Source of the DNA: Chloroflexota bacterium
GTDB lineage: Bacteria; Chloroflexota; UBA11872; VXOZ01
Length of the DNA: 64,000 nucleotides
NCBI GenBank assembly: GCA_965221905.1
Contig: OZ244922.1
Span: forward strand, 2,112,001-2,176,000
Direction of reading: 5' to 3'
Shown here: piece after piece, positions 1-9,727 of the stretch
Position numbering within the stretch: the first letter of the stretch is position 1
Layout of the letters: each line of letters starts with the position of its first letter
Notes under the pieces: model-generated
Database searches by the model: none
Told to the model about the DNA's origin: nothing
Seen by the model: the letters and a program-made list of their open reading frames with translations, nothing else
Made by a program: the position numbers and the translations under genes

Positions 1-593
1 CCAATGTGCCCATTTCCTCCCCGAGCGGCAACATGATAGTGAATGTCGGTGGCGGCACTACTGAAGTTGCTGTTCTGTCGCTCAACGCCATCGTGGTCTG
101 TTCATCAGTACGTGTTGGAGGGACCCGTCTCGATACAACGATTTATAATTATGTCAAGAGACACTATAACCTCCTAATCGGTGAAGGAACTGCCGAGGAG
201 GTGAAGATCGCGGTTGGAAGCGCGCTTCCAATGGAACGACCGTTAACGCTGGAAGTTCGCGGTAGAGACCAAGTGGCCGGCCTGCCTCGGACCATAACAA
301 TTTCCTCTGATGAAATTACCGAAGCAATTCAAGAAACCGTAGCCATCATTGTCAAGTGTGTGCGAGACGTGCTGGTGAAAACACCGCCGGAGCTGGCATC
401 AGATATCATCGACCGCGGCATCGTGATGACAGGCGGCGGTTCCCTCCTGCGGAATCTTGACGGTTTGCTCACCCAGGAAACCGGCATCGCATGTTATGTT
501 ACCGAGAGTCCGCTCATCAGCGTGGCACTAGGAACCGGAGTAGCCTTGCAGTACTTCGACACGCTGAAGCGCAGCCTCGTCAGTTTCCGTTAG
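1..593 (+). CDS. mreB: Rod shape-determining protein MreB paralog (5' partial)
   Basis: [45 protein letters not shown] and VALGTG motifs; the frame is open to the window edge. Confidence 0.93.
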   Translation, partial: NVPISSPSGNMIVNVGGGTTEVAVLSLNAIVVCSSVRVGGTRLDTTIYNYVKRHYNLLIGEGTAEEVKIAVGSALPMERPLTLEVRGRDQVAGLPRTITISSDEITEAIQETVAIIVKCVRDVLVKTPPELASDIIDRGIVMTGGGSLLRNLDGLLTQETGIACYVTESPLISVALGTGVALQYFDTLKRSLVSFR

Positions 594-900
594 TGGCAAT
601 CGCACGTGCCGGTGGCAGCCGGGCGCCTGCGGCAATCTCACGAAGGAACTCGCCAGAGTGTCCATCTTCTCGCAATTGCAGCCGGGAGAGCTCTAAAACG
701 AGAACGTCTTCTTGCTATCGGCATGGTGTCCGCCTGCATCGTGGCAACAGCGCTGCACCCCGCCAAGATTGGTCGCGGCTCAACGCTCCCTAGAACCTTA
801 GATGCAAGCAGGCACTCCATTTTCCCGCAAACAGGCTGCTTCCGCCCTGCTTGCGCTTATTGACACCCTTCAATATTGCGTCGGCTGAAACCGGAAACAA

Positions 901-909
901 TGCTATAAT
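901..909 (+). promoter_or_regulatory. Extended -10 promoter element upstream of yebC-ruvCAB
   Basis: TGCTATAAT (TGn + TATAAT) about 110 nt upstream of the yebC ATG. Confidence 0.5.
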
Positions 910-1017
910 GACTCTAGTAATTCGGTACAGGCACGACCTCCAGAGGACATCCTCTCAACGTTTCAGAACCCCGCGAGGCCATTGGCGTTGGCATCGGCGT
1001 TGACTGGGAGAAGTATC

Positions 1018-1770
1018 ATGGCAGGACACTCAAAATGGGCGCAAATCAAGCGCCAAAAGGCAGCCAACGACGCAAAGCGGGGGCAGCTCTATACAAAGCT
1101 TGGACGCGAGATTGCTGTGTCCGCTCGTGATGGCGGCGGGGATCCTGAAATGAACTTTCGCCTGCGTCTTGCGATCCAACGCGCGAAAGATGCCAACATG
1201 CCCGCCGACACCATTGAGCGCGCTGTCAAACGCGGGAGCGGTGAACTGGATGATGATATTCGTCTTGAAGACATCTTCTATGAGGGGTATGGGCCGGGAG
1301 GCGCGGCACTTTTAATTGAAGCGCTTACGGACAACCGGAACCGCACCGTAGCAGAACTCCGCAATGTGCTCGCGCGCGGTGGCGGCAACCTCGGCGAATC
1401 CGGCAGCGTCGCGTGGATGTTTGATACGCGGGGACAGATAATTATCGAACTAAGCAACGGCGACCCCGATGAGGCTATGCTCGAATCGATTGAGTTAGGT
1501 GCGGAAGACGTACAGGAAGAAGACGGCACGCTGGTTGTACTCACACTCCTCGAGCAACTCGAATCCGTCCGCCGTGGCATGGAAGAACTCGGTTACACCG
1601 TGGAAAGCGCCGAGCTCACGCGTGTCCCAAAAACCATGTCGGAACCCGATACCGATAAAGCGACGCAGTCGATGCGGCTCATCGAGCGCGTCGAAGACCT
1701 AGATGACGTGCAAAAAGTCTACACGAATCTCGAACTCACTGAAGAAGTGATAGCTGCGTACGCAAGCTAG
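1018..1770 (+). CDS. yebC: YebC/PmpR family DNA-binding regulator
   Basis: MAGHSKWAQIKRQK start, YEGYGPGG, LTDNRNRT, DDVQKVYTN; GGGAG RBS before ATG 1018. Confidence 0.95.
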   Translation: MAGHSKWAQIKRQKAANDAKRGQLYTKLGREIAVSARDGGGDPEMNFRLRLAIQRAKDANMPADTIERAVKRGSGELDDDIRLEDIFYEGYGPGGAALLIEALTDNRNRTVAELRNVLARGGGNLGESGSVAWMFDTRGQIIIELSNGDPDEAMLESIELGAEDVQEEDGTLVVLTLLEQLESVRRGMEELGYTVESAELTRVPKTMSEPDTDKATQSMRLIERVEDLDDVQKVYTNLELTEEVIAAYAS

Positions 1771-1778
1771 GATGACCT

Positions 1779-2270
1779 ATGCGCATCCTTGGTATCGACC
1801 CGGGCATTGCTCGTCTCGGGTACGGCATCATCGAAGATACACCTCAGCTTTCCGTCGTTGCCTTTGGCTGTATCACGACCCCGGCCAAGCAGAGTCAGCC
1901 GCTGCGTCTCCTTTCTATCTACAGGCAGCTTGAGGAAGTCTTCGAGTTGGCTGCGCCCGATGAGGTCGCCGTGGAGCGGCTCTTCTTCAATCAGAACATT
2001 ACCACTGCGTTCGCGGTTGGTGAGGCGAGGGGAGTTGTGCTCTTGCGCGCAGCCGAGGCCGGCTGTCCTGTGAGCGATTACGCACCCTTGCAGATCAAGC
2101 AAGCGCTCGTTGGATACGGGCGTGCCGACAAGCGGCAGGTCCAGATTATGGTATCTATGGCGCTTTCGCTCGACAAGCCGCCCACACCCGATGACGCAGC
2201 CGACGCTCTCGCGGTAGCTATCTGCCATGCGCACATGCGCACTGCTCAGCAACTCCTTGCGCAAACATGA
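1779..2270 (+). CDS. ruvC: Holliday junction resolvase RuvC
   Basis: ILGIDPG, AVERLFF, GYGRADKRQV, DDAADALAVAICH. Confidence 0.97.
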   Translation: MRILGIDPGIARLGYGIIEDTPQLSVVAFGCITTPAKQSQPLRLLSIYRQLEEVFELAAPDEVAVERLFFNQNITTAFAVGEARGVVLLRAAEAGCPVSDYAPLQIKQALVGYGRADKRQVQIMVSMALSLDKPPTPDDAADALAVAICHAHMRTAQQLLAQT

Positions 2271-2830
2271 TTGCATTTATTCATGGCGAGCTTGTTCGCA
2301 CGGAGGTTGACTCCGTCACGGTTCGTGTCGGCGGCTTTGGTCTGCGAATGGCTGTTCCCAGCAACATCATTCAGCAGATTGGCGCGGTGGGCACTGCCGT
2401 TACGCTGGAGACGAGACTGCTCGTACGAGACGACCGTCTAGAACTCTTCGGCTTCGCCGATGAGCGCCAAGCGTCACTATTCGACCAAGTCCAGACGGTG
2501 GGAGGCGTCGGGCCGCGACTTGCCCTAGCCATACTCTCGACGTTTACTCCTGACCAATTTGCCGCAGCACTCGAGAACGAAGACCTGCGGCAGCTCACCC
2601 GCGTCAGCGGCCTGGGCAAGCGGACGGCTAGCCGGGTCATTCTCGAACTTCGCGGCAAACTGGCGCCAGCGACCGAAGCCACGGGTGTTTCCGACGATAC
2701 AGCAGACGCGCTGGCGGCACTGGGATACTCTGCGTCCGAGATCGCGCACGTGCTGGCTCGTCCTGAAGTCCAGGCAGCCGGATCGGTTGAAGAGCGTATT
2801 GCGGCAGCGTTGCGGCAGATTGGGGCCTAA
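2267..2830 (+). CDS. ruvA: Holliday junction branch migration protein RuvA
   Basis: MIAFIHG, LFGF, VGGVGPRLAL, VSGLGKRTASRVILEL; ATGA overlap with ruvC. Confidence 0.95.
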   Translation: MIAFIHGELVRTEVDSVTVRVGGFGLRMAVPSNIIQQIGAVGTAVTLETRLLVRDDRLELFGFADERQASLFDQVQTVGGVGPRLALAILSTFTPDQFAAALENEDLRQLTRVSGLGKRTASRVILELRGKLAPATEATGVSDDTADALAALGYSASEIAHVLARPEVQAAGSVEERIAAALRQIGA

Positions 2831-2961
2831 CGGCAGACCCAAGGAGTTACTTAGCTGTACCATCTACTTGAATCCGGCTTGTTGAAAGGTCGTGTCGAAC
2901 TTGAATTGCCTCACCTGGGCGGTCTGCATGGAGTGCAAGCGCATTTGCAAGGGATGAGTAC

Positions 2962-3996
2962 ATGACCGACACCCGCATCGTTGCCCCACAAGAGGAGCCG
3001 GAAGACGCTCAAGCCGCGCAAACACTGCGGCCGCGTTCCCTGGACGAGTGCATCGGACAGGACAAGGTGCGGGAGCATTTGCTGATTGCGATCACCGCCG
3101 CAAAGCTGCGGCAGGAGCCGCTTGACCATACCCTTTTCCATGGCCCGCCGGGGCTGGGCAAAACGACCTTTGCAAACGTGCTGGCCACGGAGATGGGCGT
3201 CAACATCAAAGTTACCGCTGGACCGGCAATTGAGCGACCAGGCGACCTAGCAGCTATCCTCTCAAACGTCCGCTCCCACGACATTCTCTTTATCGACGAA
3301 GTGCATCGCCTCCATCACGCCGTGGAGGAAATCCTCTACCCGGCGATGGAGGACTTTGCACTGGATATCGTCATGGGTAAAGGCATGGCGGCGCGCAGCA
3401 TCCGTCTCTCTCTGCCTCCCTTCACGCTCATTGGCGCCACCACACGACTGGCACTGATAAGTTCTCCTTTGCGAGACCGCTTTGGCGCCCATTTCCACAT
3501 GGAATACTATGATCTGGATGCAATGCGCATGATTGTCAAACGCTCAGCCGGGATATTGCGAGTGGTCATTGACGAGGATGGAATAAACGAAATCGCGCAA
3601 CGCTCACGCGGCACTCCCCGCATAACGAACCGATTGCTGCGCCGCATCCGCGACTGGGCGCAGGTGAAAGGCGACGGGCACATTACCGCGTCGCTTGCCG
3701 AGGACTGCCTTACGAGCTTGGAAATCGACGGTTTGGGGCTCGACGCCGTGGATCGTACTATCCTTCTTACCATAATTGAGAAATTCGGTGGTGGGCCGGT
3801 GGGAATCGATACGATGGCGGCGGCAATTGGCGACGAGGCGCAGACCATTGAGGATGTCTATGAACCGTACCTGATGCAACTTGGCTTCTTAGCAAAGACG
3901 CCCCGCGGACGGGTCGCGCTTTCTGCGGCGTCTGCGCACCTGGGGCTTGAGACTGTCGATGCTGATGACGATGATCAGCCTCGGCTCTTCGACTAG
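2962..3996 (+). CDS. ruvB: Holliday junction branch migration helicase RuvB
   Basis: [46 protein letters not shown]. Confidence 0.98.
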   Translation: MTDTRIVAPQEEPEDAQAAQTLRPRSLDECIGQDKVREHLLIAITAAKLRQEPLDHTLFHGPPGLGKTTFANVLATEMGVNIKVTAGPAIERPGDLAAILSNVRSHDILFIDEVHRLHHAVEEILYPAMEDFALDIVMGKGMAARSIRLSLPPFTLIGATTRLALISSPLRDRFGAHFHMEYYDLDAMRMIVKRSAGILRVVIDEDGINEIAQRSRGTPRITNRLLRRIRDWAQVKGDGHITASLAEDCLTSLEIDGLGLDAVDRTILLTIIEKFGGGPVGIDTMAAAIGDEAQTIEDVYEPYLMQLGFLAKTPRGRVALSAASAHLGLETVDADDDDQPRLFD

Positions 3997-4014
3997 ATCG
4001 CTAGGCAAGGCCAA

Positions 4015-4647
4015 ATGTATCGCACTCCCGCACTTCCGCAACGCACGGTGCGCGACTCGCTGCGCTGGATTGGTTGGGATGTACCCCTCCGATTAATCCC
4101 ATTCGCTGCAATCTCACTCTTCTGGGCCTATGTCTTTGCTAATTGGACTGAGACGCTAAAGCTCTCGTGGAACCTAACCGGACTGGACGCTGCGCTAATT
4201 CTGGGTACCGGCATTCCCGCATTCGTGGCGTGCACGCTGTTTCGGACACGCTATTGGCCCATCCAAAATCTGGCAACTCCCCGTGCGCATCTGATTGAAG
4301 ATGGGTACTTTTTCTTCTTCAATGCGCCCGCCGAGGAACTCTTCTTTCGCGGCATGCTCCAATCGTGGGCGATGTCCCTCGGCTTTTTGCCGCCGGCCGT
4401 AGGCTTTGCGGCTGTTGCGGTGATCTTCGGCTTTTATCATCGCCTAGTCGGATTTCCCTTGCCTTTCCTGTTGCTTGCCACCGCAGGCGGCGTTTTATTT
4501 GGCCTCCTCTTCCTGGTGTCAAGTTCGATACTGACGCCAATCATCGTTCACTTCATTGCCGATCTCGCGCTCTTCAATCTAGGACCCGCCCTGCTCGCTC
4601 GTATTGGCAGGAACCCTTATCGTGTGATTAGAGCGCCATCCGTTTGA
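4015..4647 (+). CDS. CPBP family (Abi/CAAX-type) intramembrane glutamic endopeptidase
   Basis: EELFFRG, FGFYH and IIVHFIAD motifs within a multi-TM protein. Confidence 0.85.
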   Translation: MYRTPALPQRTVRDSLRWIGWDVPLRLIPFAAISLFWAYVFANWTETLKLSWNLTGLDAALILGTGIPAFVACTLFRTRYWPIQNLATPRAHLIEDGYFFFFNAPAEELFFRGMLQSWAMSLGFLPPAVGFAAVAVIFGFYHRLVGFPLPFLLLATAGGVLFGLLFLVSSSILTPIIVHFIADLALFNLGPALLARIGRNPYRVIRAPSV

Positions 4648-4895
4648 CAGTCTATTGTCCTGTTTCTTACACTAAAGGTGATGTGCGCTCTTTACAGACC
4701 CCGTTACCTCGTGCCGAAAGCCGGGCAATTTGCCCTAATGTAAACTGCAACTGATAATGTCTAGTATTGAGAAGCTAAGGAAAACATGCGCCTATCTTCT
4801 ACAAATAGATCACCGCTATACAACAGACCAATTCACGGTGGTACCGGGCGGCACACCGAGCCCGGCTTCTCACAAAAGAATGAAAGAGGTGCTCC

Positions 4896-6029
4896 GTGAA
4901 TACGATTGACGGCGCCGTTGACCTCATCAAGAAACACAAGCGGCACCGCGCGGTACTGACTCCGCGTGTCGGCCAGTTTATGTACCACTGGATGAAGGGC
5001 ACCACGCATCTACCGTATCTTCCTCTCAAGCTGCACGTCGAGCCGACCAGCGTGTGTAACTTGCGTTGCCCCATGTGCCCGCAGAGCTTGGGATTGCCCG
5101 ATGAGCAGGGCTATATGGAAGTCGACCTCTTTCGCAAGATCATCGATGACTGCAAGGACTACGTGCGCGAAATCAACCTGTTTCTGCGCGGCGAATCGCT
5201 CATTCATCCGCAGCTCGATGAAATGATTCGCATTTGCGAAGGGGCGGGGATTGTCGCGAATCTGAGTACAAACGCGAAGATCCTTACTGCGGACCGCGCC
5301 GAAATGCTCTTGGATGCGGGGCTGAGCAAGCTCACCGTGAGCTTCGACGCAGGCGAAAAAGAGATGTATGAGAAAATGCGGCACGGCGCAAAGTTTGATC
5401 GCGTGCTGGCTAATGTCCTGGAGTTTCTCCGGCGCAAACAGGCCCGAGGCAGCGACAAACCTTATGTGGTCATGCAGATGCTGGTCTTCTACGAACCCGG
5501 CATGCAGCCCAAGATCCCGCGCGAGTTTCGCGATCAGTTTGCCGGGCTTCCGGTTGATGAGTGGGACCCCATGTTTGCCCACGGCTGGGCAGGTATGTTC
5601 GACAGTAGCGAGGAGTTTACTCCTCGACCCAGCGGGCCGAACTATCACCCGTGCAACTGGCTTTGGAAGTCCATGACCATCTATTGGGATGGTACCGTCC
5701 CGGCCTGTTGCGCTGACTGGACCGGCAGCTACGTATTGGGAGACGTACGTGAAGAGAGTGTCAGCGATCTTTGGAACAACGAGGACATGGTTCGGTTACG
5801 TCAGTTGCAGGTGGACGGCCGCTATAAGGAAGTCGGCATTTGCAGCCGCTGTGACGCTCTGTGGCAACCTGACGGCAAGCTGTGGCAGGTCATGTCGAAA
5901 GTAGAAGACGTCATAACTGGTGGAAACCCGCCAGGCGAAAGCGTCCGCGTTGCCATGCAGAATGGCGCGAACGGCAACGGCAAGCCCAAAGCTAAAGTAA
6001 GAATACGCAAGAATCCGCCTCCAACGTAG
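4896..6029 (+). CDS. Radical SAM protein with SPASM/twitch domain
   Basis: CNLRCPMC (CxxxCxxC); C-terminal PC..W...DGTVPACC..D...CSRC; GAGGT RBS before GTG. Confidence 0.92.
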   Translation: MNTIDGAVDLIKKHKRHRAVLTPRVGQFMYHWMKGTTHLPYLPLKLHVEPTSVCNLRCPMCPQSLGLPDEQGYMEVDLFRKIIDDCKDYVREINLFLRGESLIHPQLDEMIRICEGAGIVANLSTNAKILTADRAEMLLDAGLSKLTVSFDAGEKEMYEKMRHGAKFDRVLANVLEFLRRKQARGSDKPYVVMQMLVFYEPGMQPKIPREFRDQFAGLPVDEWDPMFAHGWAGMFDSSEEFTPRPSGPNYHPCNWLWKSMTIYWDGTVPACCADWTGSYVLGDVREESVSDLWNNEDMVRLRQLQVDGRYKEVGICSRCDALWQPDGKLWQVMSKVEDVITGGNPPGESVRVAMQNGANGNGKPKAKVRIRKNPPPT

Positions 6030-6074
6030 GCATCATGCAGGAATATACCTTCTTTACCCTGGAGAAATGACTTC

Positions 6075-6326
6075 ATGCCCATAAACGAACAGCTACTTGA
6101 GATTCTGCGCTGTCCGGCTAATAAAGCACCGTTGCGACCGCTCTCAGATGATGAGATCAACGCGCTCAATGCTCGAATTGAGAACGAGGAAGTCAAGTAT
6201 CAAGACGGCAATGTGGTGGACAAGCCGTTGGAGGAAGGGCTCATTACCGAAGACGGAGCCACAGTCTACCGAATTGACGAGAGTATTCCGGTGATGCTGA
6301 TCGAGATGGGCATCCCAACGGAGTAA
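6075..6326 (+). CDS. Trm112/UPF0434-like small protein
   Basis: LLEILRCP...VYRIDESIPVML; GGAG RBS. Confidence 0.85.
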   Translation: MPINEQLLEILRCPANKAPLRPLSDDEINALNARIENEEVKYQDGNVVDKPLEEGLITEDGATVYRIDESIPVMLIEMGIPTE

Positions 6327-6405
6327 ACGCAAGTGGGCCAAACAGCACACTGAGTACTTTGCAGGCCTAACGCGCTTTGAGACGTAACGGAATTATCGCA
6401 AAGAG

Positions 6406-6444
6406 AAGCTCTCTTGCCGAACGAATTGGGCAAGAGAGCTTTCT
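6406..6444. terminator. Hairpin between convergent genes (probable bidirectional terminator)
   Basis: 13-bp inverted repeat AAGCTCTCTTGCC / GGCAAGAGAGCTT with a 10-nt loop. Confidence 0.65.
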
Positions 6445-6451
6445 GTCATTT

Positions 6452-7549
6452 CTATTGTAGTTTCCCTCGCCCCAGAATAGGCCACACCACTTCCACGCGA
6501 CCATCGCGAATGCCGTAGAAGTTGTCGTGCAGGAACACTGTCGTGTCCCCGTAGCCCACGATGAACTGTAGTTTGTCCCCAACACGGGGAGTGCCGGACG
6601 GCTCTGCCAACTGGATCGTGCCATGCTCTGCTGAGCATCCAACGGAGGTTACATTAGGCAGGCCGCGGGGCTTGGGAGTGCTCGCGTCGGTGCTCATCGT
6701 CTTTTTCCCTGCATCGCAAATTATGCGCGTGGGGGCGGGCCTACTCGTCACGGTAGAGAGAACGGTCAGCGCGAATTCATGAGGCACCTCGAAGCGCTCC
6801 CGATACGTGATGTCGCAGAAGATGCCGCCACCTGCCTGGATCTCGGTGACGCCCGGTTGGAACGCAGTATGCCAGTACGTGCCGCTGCCGCCGCAACTCA
6901 CGATTTCCACCGGTAAGCCTGCGTCACGACACTGTTGTGCGCTTCCGGTGAGCCGAGCAATCACCTCTTTGACCATCTGCTCTTTCTCGGTATCGTCCTT
7001 GGCCCCGAGCACCTGGGCTTCCCAGCCCATCACCCCCGCAAACTCAAGACTTGGATAGGCGGCGATTTTCTTGGCAAGCGCGACTACCGGCTCGCCCGGC
7101 AGCACACCGGCCCGGTCTATTCCCACGTTCACTTCAACCACTAAGCGTTGCCGGACGCCTTTGCGCTCTGCTGCCTCCGCTATTTCGCGGACGTTTTCCT
7201 CGCTATCCACGGCTGGGATGACGTCGGCGTGTTTGCGAAGGTTGACGAGCCGCTCGACCTTTTGGGGACCAACTATCTGGTTGGCGATGAGGATGTTGCG
7301 AATGCCGCCCGCAGCCATTACCTCAGCTTCGCCGAGCTTGGCACACGTGACACCTATCGCGCCGGCATCCACAAGCATGTGCGCGATCGCGGGAGACTTG
7401 ATCCCTTTGCTGTGCGGACGCCAGTTTATCCCGGCCTCTTGAATGATCACGCGCGCCATATGCGCTACATTACGCTCCAAGGCGTCCAATTCTACCAAGA
7501 GTGCCGGTGTATCGATGTCTTCAAGCGGTCGGCCAATAATGTTCATCAT
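6452..7549 (-). CDS. DSD1/D-threonine aldolase family PLP-dependent enzyme (alanine racemase fold)
   Basis: IDTPALLV, WRPHSK (PLP Lys), AKLGEAE, SCGGSGT, DAGKK, SAEHG; TGATG overlap with the upstream gene. Confidence 0.9.
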   Translation of the reverse strand: MMNIIGRPLEDIDTPALLVELDALERNVAHMARVIIQEAGINWRPHSKGIKSPAIAHMLVDAGAIGVTCAKLGEAEVMAAGGIRNILIANQIVGPQKVERLVNLRKHADVIPAVDSEENVREIAEAAERKGVRQRLVVEVNVGIDRAGVLPGEPVVALAKKIAAYPSLEFAGVMGWEAQVLGAKDDTEKEQMVKEVIARLTGSAQQCRDAGLPVEIVSCGGSGTYWHTAFQPGVTEIQAGGGIFCDITYRERFEVPHEFALTVLSTVTSRPAPTRIICDAGKKTMSTDASTPKPRGLPNVTSVGCSAEHGTIQLAEPSGTPRVGDKLQFIVGYGDTTVFLHDNFYGIRDGRVEVVWPILGRGKLQ

Positions 7550-8541
7550 CAGATAGTTATCCACTTGTCTGCGCGGCTTGCCGCAAAGGAAGTTTCTATG
7601 ATGCGTGTGGTCTTGGCTCCATCTTCACCTGAATACAGCGGCGGCTTACCTGCCAAGACTCGATCACTAAAATCCTGGATGAGCGGCAAGTGCCTGTTCT
7701 CCGCATGCGGGAGCATGAACTCCTCGGTGCCGGCCGCGGTCTTCAAGGTGAGCTGCGGCCCATCGGTCGGCGTACTGAAGATTGCGCCCTCGGTACCGAA
7801 TATTTCAATCGTGTCGTAGCCGACGCCGATGCTCCAGTGAAACGAGGCGGTCACCTGAACCCCGCTCTCCATCTTGATCAGCAGCACGTCCGAATCATCA
7901 GCGGGATACGAGTGCACGAGCGTCTCATTGCGGGCAGCGACAGCCGCGGGTTCGCCAAACCAATAGCAAAGGAGGTCGAGGCGGTGCGAGCCGACGTCGG
8001 CAATCGGTCCTCCGGCGCTCTTGGCGGGATCAACACGCCAGATTTTCGGGTCATCCGGAGTCGGATCGTAGTTGCCTGTCAATACCAAACGTACCAGGAC
8101 CGGCGTACCTATCGCCCCATTGTCGATTAGTTCCTTGATTTTTCGGTTGTTTGGATAGTAGCGCCGATAGTACGCGACGGCCAGATTGACACCGCCGTCG
8201 CGACAAGCGTCAACCATCGCTTGACACTCAGCGCCGGTGAGCGCCATTGGCTTCTCGCAGAGCACGTGTTTTCCAACGGCCGCCGCCGCAATGGTCTGCG
8301 GCAAATGCTCGTAAACGCGGCTTGCGGCATAGACGACGTCAATATCGGGGTCAGCGAGAAAGGCATTGATATCGCTGTACGCTCGCCGCGCGCCGTGCCG
8401 ACTCGTAAAGTCTTCCGCTCGCTCTTGACTGCTGCTTGCAAACGCAACGAGGGTGCTATTCGGATCCTCGTTTACTGCTGGCGCCACCGCTTTGTTCGCA
8501 ATGTCGCCGCAACCAATGATGCCCCAGCCAACTCGTGCCAT
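7549..8541 (-). CDS. Gfo/Idh/MocA family oxidoreductase
   Basis: GIIGCGDIA, KHVLCEKP, GGPIADVGSHRLD. Confidence 0.92.
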   Translation of the reverse strand: MARVGWGIIGCGDIANKAVAPAVNEDPNSTLVAFASSSQERAEDFTSRHGARRAYSDINAFLADPDIDVVYAASRVYEHLPQTIAAAAVGKHVLCEKPMALTGAECQAMVDACRDGGVNLAVAYYRRYYPNNRKIKELIDNGAIGTPVLVRLVLTGNYDPTPDDPKIWRVDPAKSAGGPIADVGSHRLDLLCYWFGEPAAVAARNETLVHSYPADDSDVLLIKMESGVQVTASFHWSIGVGYDTIEIFGTEGAIFSTPTDGPQLTLKTAAGTEEFMLPHAENRHLPLIQDFSDRVLAGKPPLYSGEDGAKTTRIIETSFAASRADKWITI

Positions 8542-8544
8542 AGT

Positions 8545-8904
8545 TTACTCCTCCGGCCCACCTGCATCTGTGATTGGCGCCGAGTTGCTGGCTGTGTGTG
8601 GCGGAACCACCCAGCGACCGACACCGTTTCGAATTGCGTGCATTAGTTCCTCGATGAGTTCTTCGTCTTCACCGGAACGAATCGCCTCTGAAACGCACCC
8701 CTCGATGTGGCTGCGCAGGACGATAAGTGAGACTTCCTGCAGTCCGGCAGTTATCGCCGCCATCTGCTGGAGAATATCCACGCAGTACCTATCTTCAGCA
8801 ACCATGCGCTGAATGCCCCGCACCTGACCTTCAATCCGCCGGAGCCGGTTGAGCAGGGCTTGTTGCTCAGCTTGATATCTGTGGCCGGACGGTGCATCTG
8901 ACAA
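8545..8904 (-). CDS. CsoR/RcnR family metal-sensing repressor
   Basis: RLRRIEGQVRGIQRM...YCVDILQQ...HIEGCV (C-H-C ligand set). Confidence 0.9.
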   Translation of the reverse strand: MSDAPSGHRYQAEQQALLNRLRRIEGQVRGIQRMVAEDRYCVDILQQMAAITAGLQEVSLIVLRSHIEGCVSEAIRSGEDEELIEELMHAIRNGVGRWVVPPHTASNSAPITDAGGPEE

Positions 8905-9332
8905 CGCGGCACCTGCTCCTTAATCATCTACCAGCGGCAAGTCTGCTTCCGGTCTCATAGGGCGTTCTTGAAAGCAATTAGGGGTTGCGATACTGCTGTG
9001 TCGTTGATTATTGTACACCAACTCCATGCATCAGGTGGGTGCTCTGCCACCACCGTCGCCCAACAGAGGCTATAGCACAAGCGCCATAGCAATTCTCGGC
9101 GCGGCGGCTACGCTTACTTATCGACTTGCTGAGACCGCCTACCGGATTTGCAATACCTGCATCTGGATACTGCCCCGCTATTGCCGGTATAATTGCCGGG
9201 AAGTGAGTTACGTGCCGACGGGCATGGAATGTCGAAACGGGCGCATAGTAGATCGTGCCGTAGCGAAACGGTGTGAATGGAAAACTTGGCGGAAGTCGGA
9301 GCCCGAATTGAGCAAGTAAGGAAAGTTATTTA

Positions 9333-9725
9333 GTGCCTCGCTTTGCGGTCGGTCATCGCTTCCCGGCGCAAGCAATTCACCTTGCGCCCGAATGCGTACG
9401 GCAATATCTCGCTGCCGTGGGGAGTGAAAGCCCTCTCTACCACGGGGACAACACCACCGCGCCTCCCCTGGCCGTCGCTGCGTGGGTGCTTGCCGGGATC
9501 ATAGAGGCAATCGGCCTGCCGCCCGGTTCCGTACACGCCACTCAGGAGTTTACTTTCATGGATACTGCGCCGCTTGATAGCACACTCGACGCAGAAGCTG
9601 AGGTTGTACAGGCCACGTCGCGCGGCGGTATGGACGTGATTGTCGTCGAGATTAAGGCCCAGCACGAGCAGCGTGCTGTGCTGACAGGGCGCTCGATGCT
9701 GATGATGCCCGCGAGCGAGGCATAG
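9333..9725 (+). CDS. MaoC/FAS1-like hot-dog dehydratase, non-catalytic partner subunit
   Basis: VRQYLAAVG..PLY, APP, SVHATQEFTF; paired with the downstream MaoC gene. Confidence 0.7.
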   Translation: MPRFAVGHRFPAQAIHLAPECVRQYLAAVGSESPLYHGDNTTAPPLAVAAWVLAGIIEAIGLPPGSVHATQEFTFMDTAPLDSTLDAEAEVVQATSRGGMDVIVVEIKAQHEQRAVLTGRSMLMMPASEA

Positions 9726-9727
9726 GG

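Noticed and set aside
606-863. 85-aa ORF after mreB
   Set aside because: No RBS or recognisable motif; likely intergenic
9011-9319. 102-aa ORF between the csoR-like gene and the MaoC pair
   Set aside because: TTG start, no motif, and it spans a TATAAT (9188-9193) that is probably the MaoC promoter
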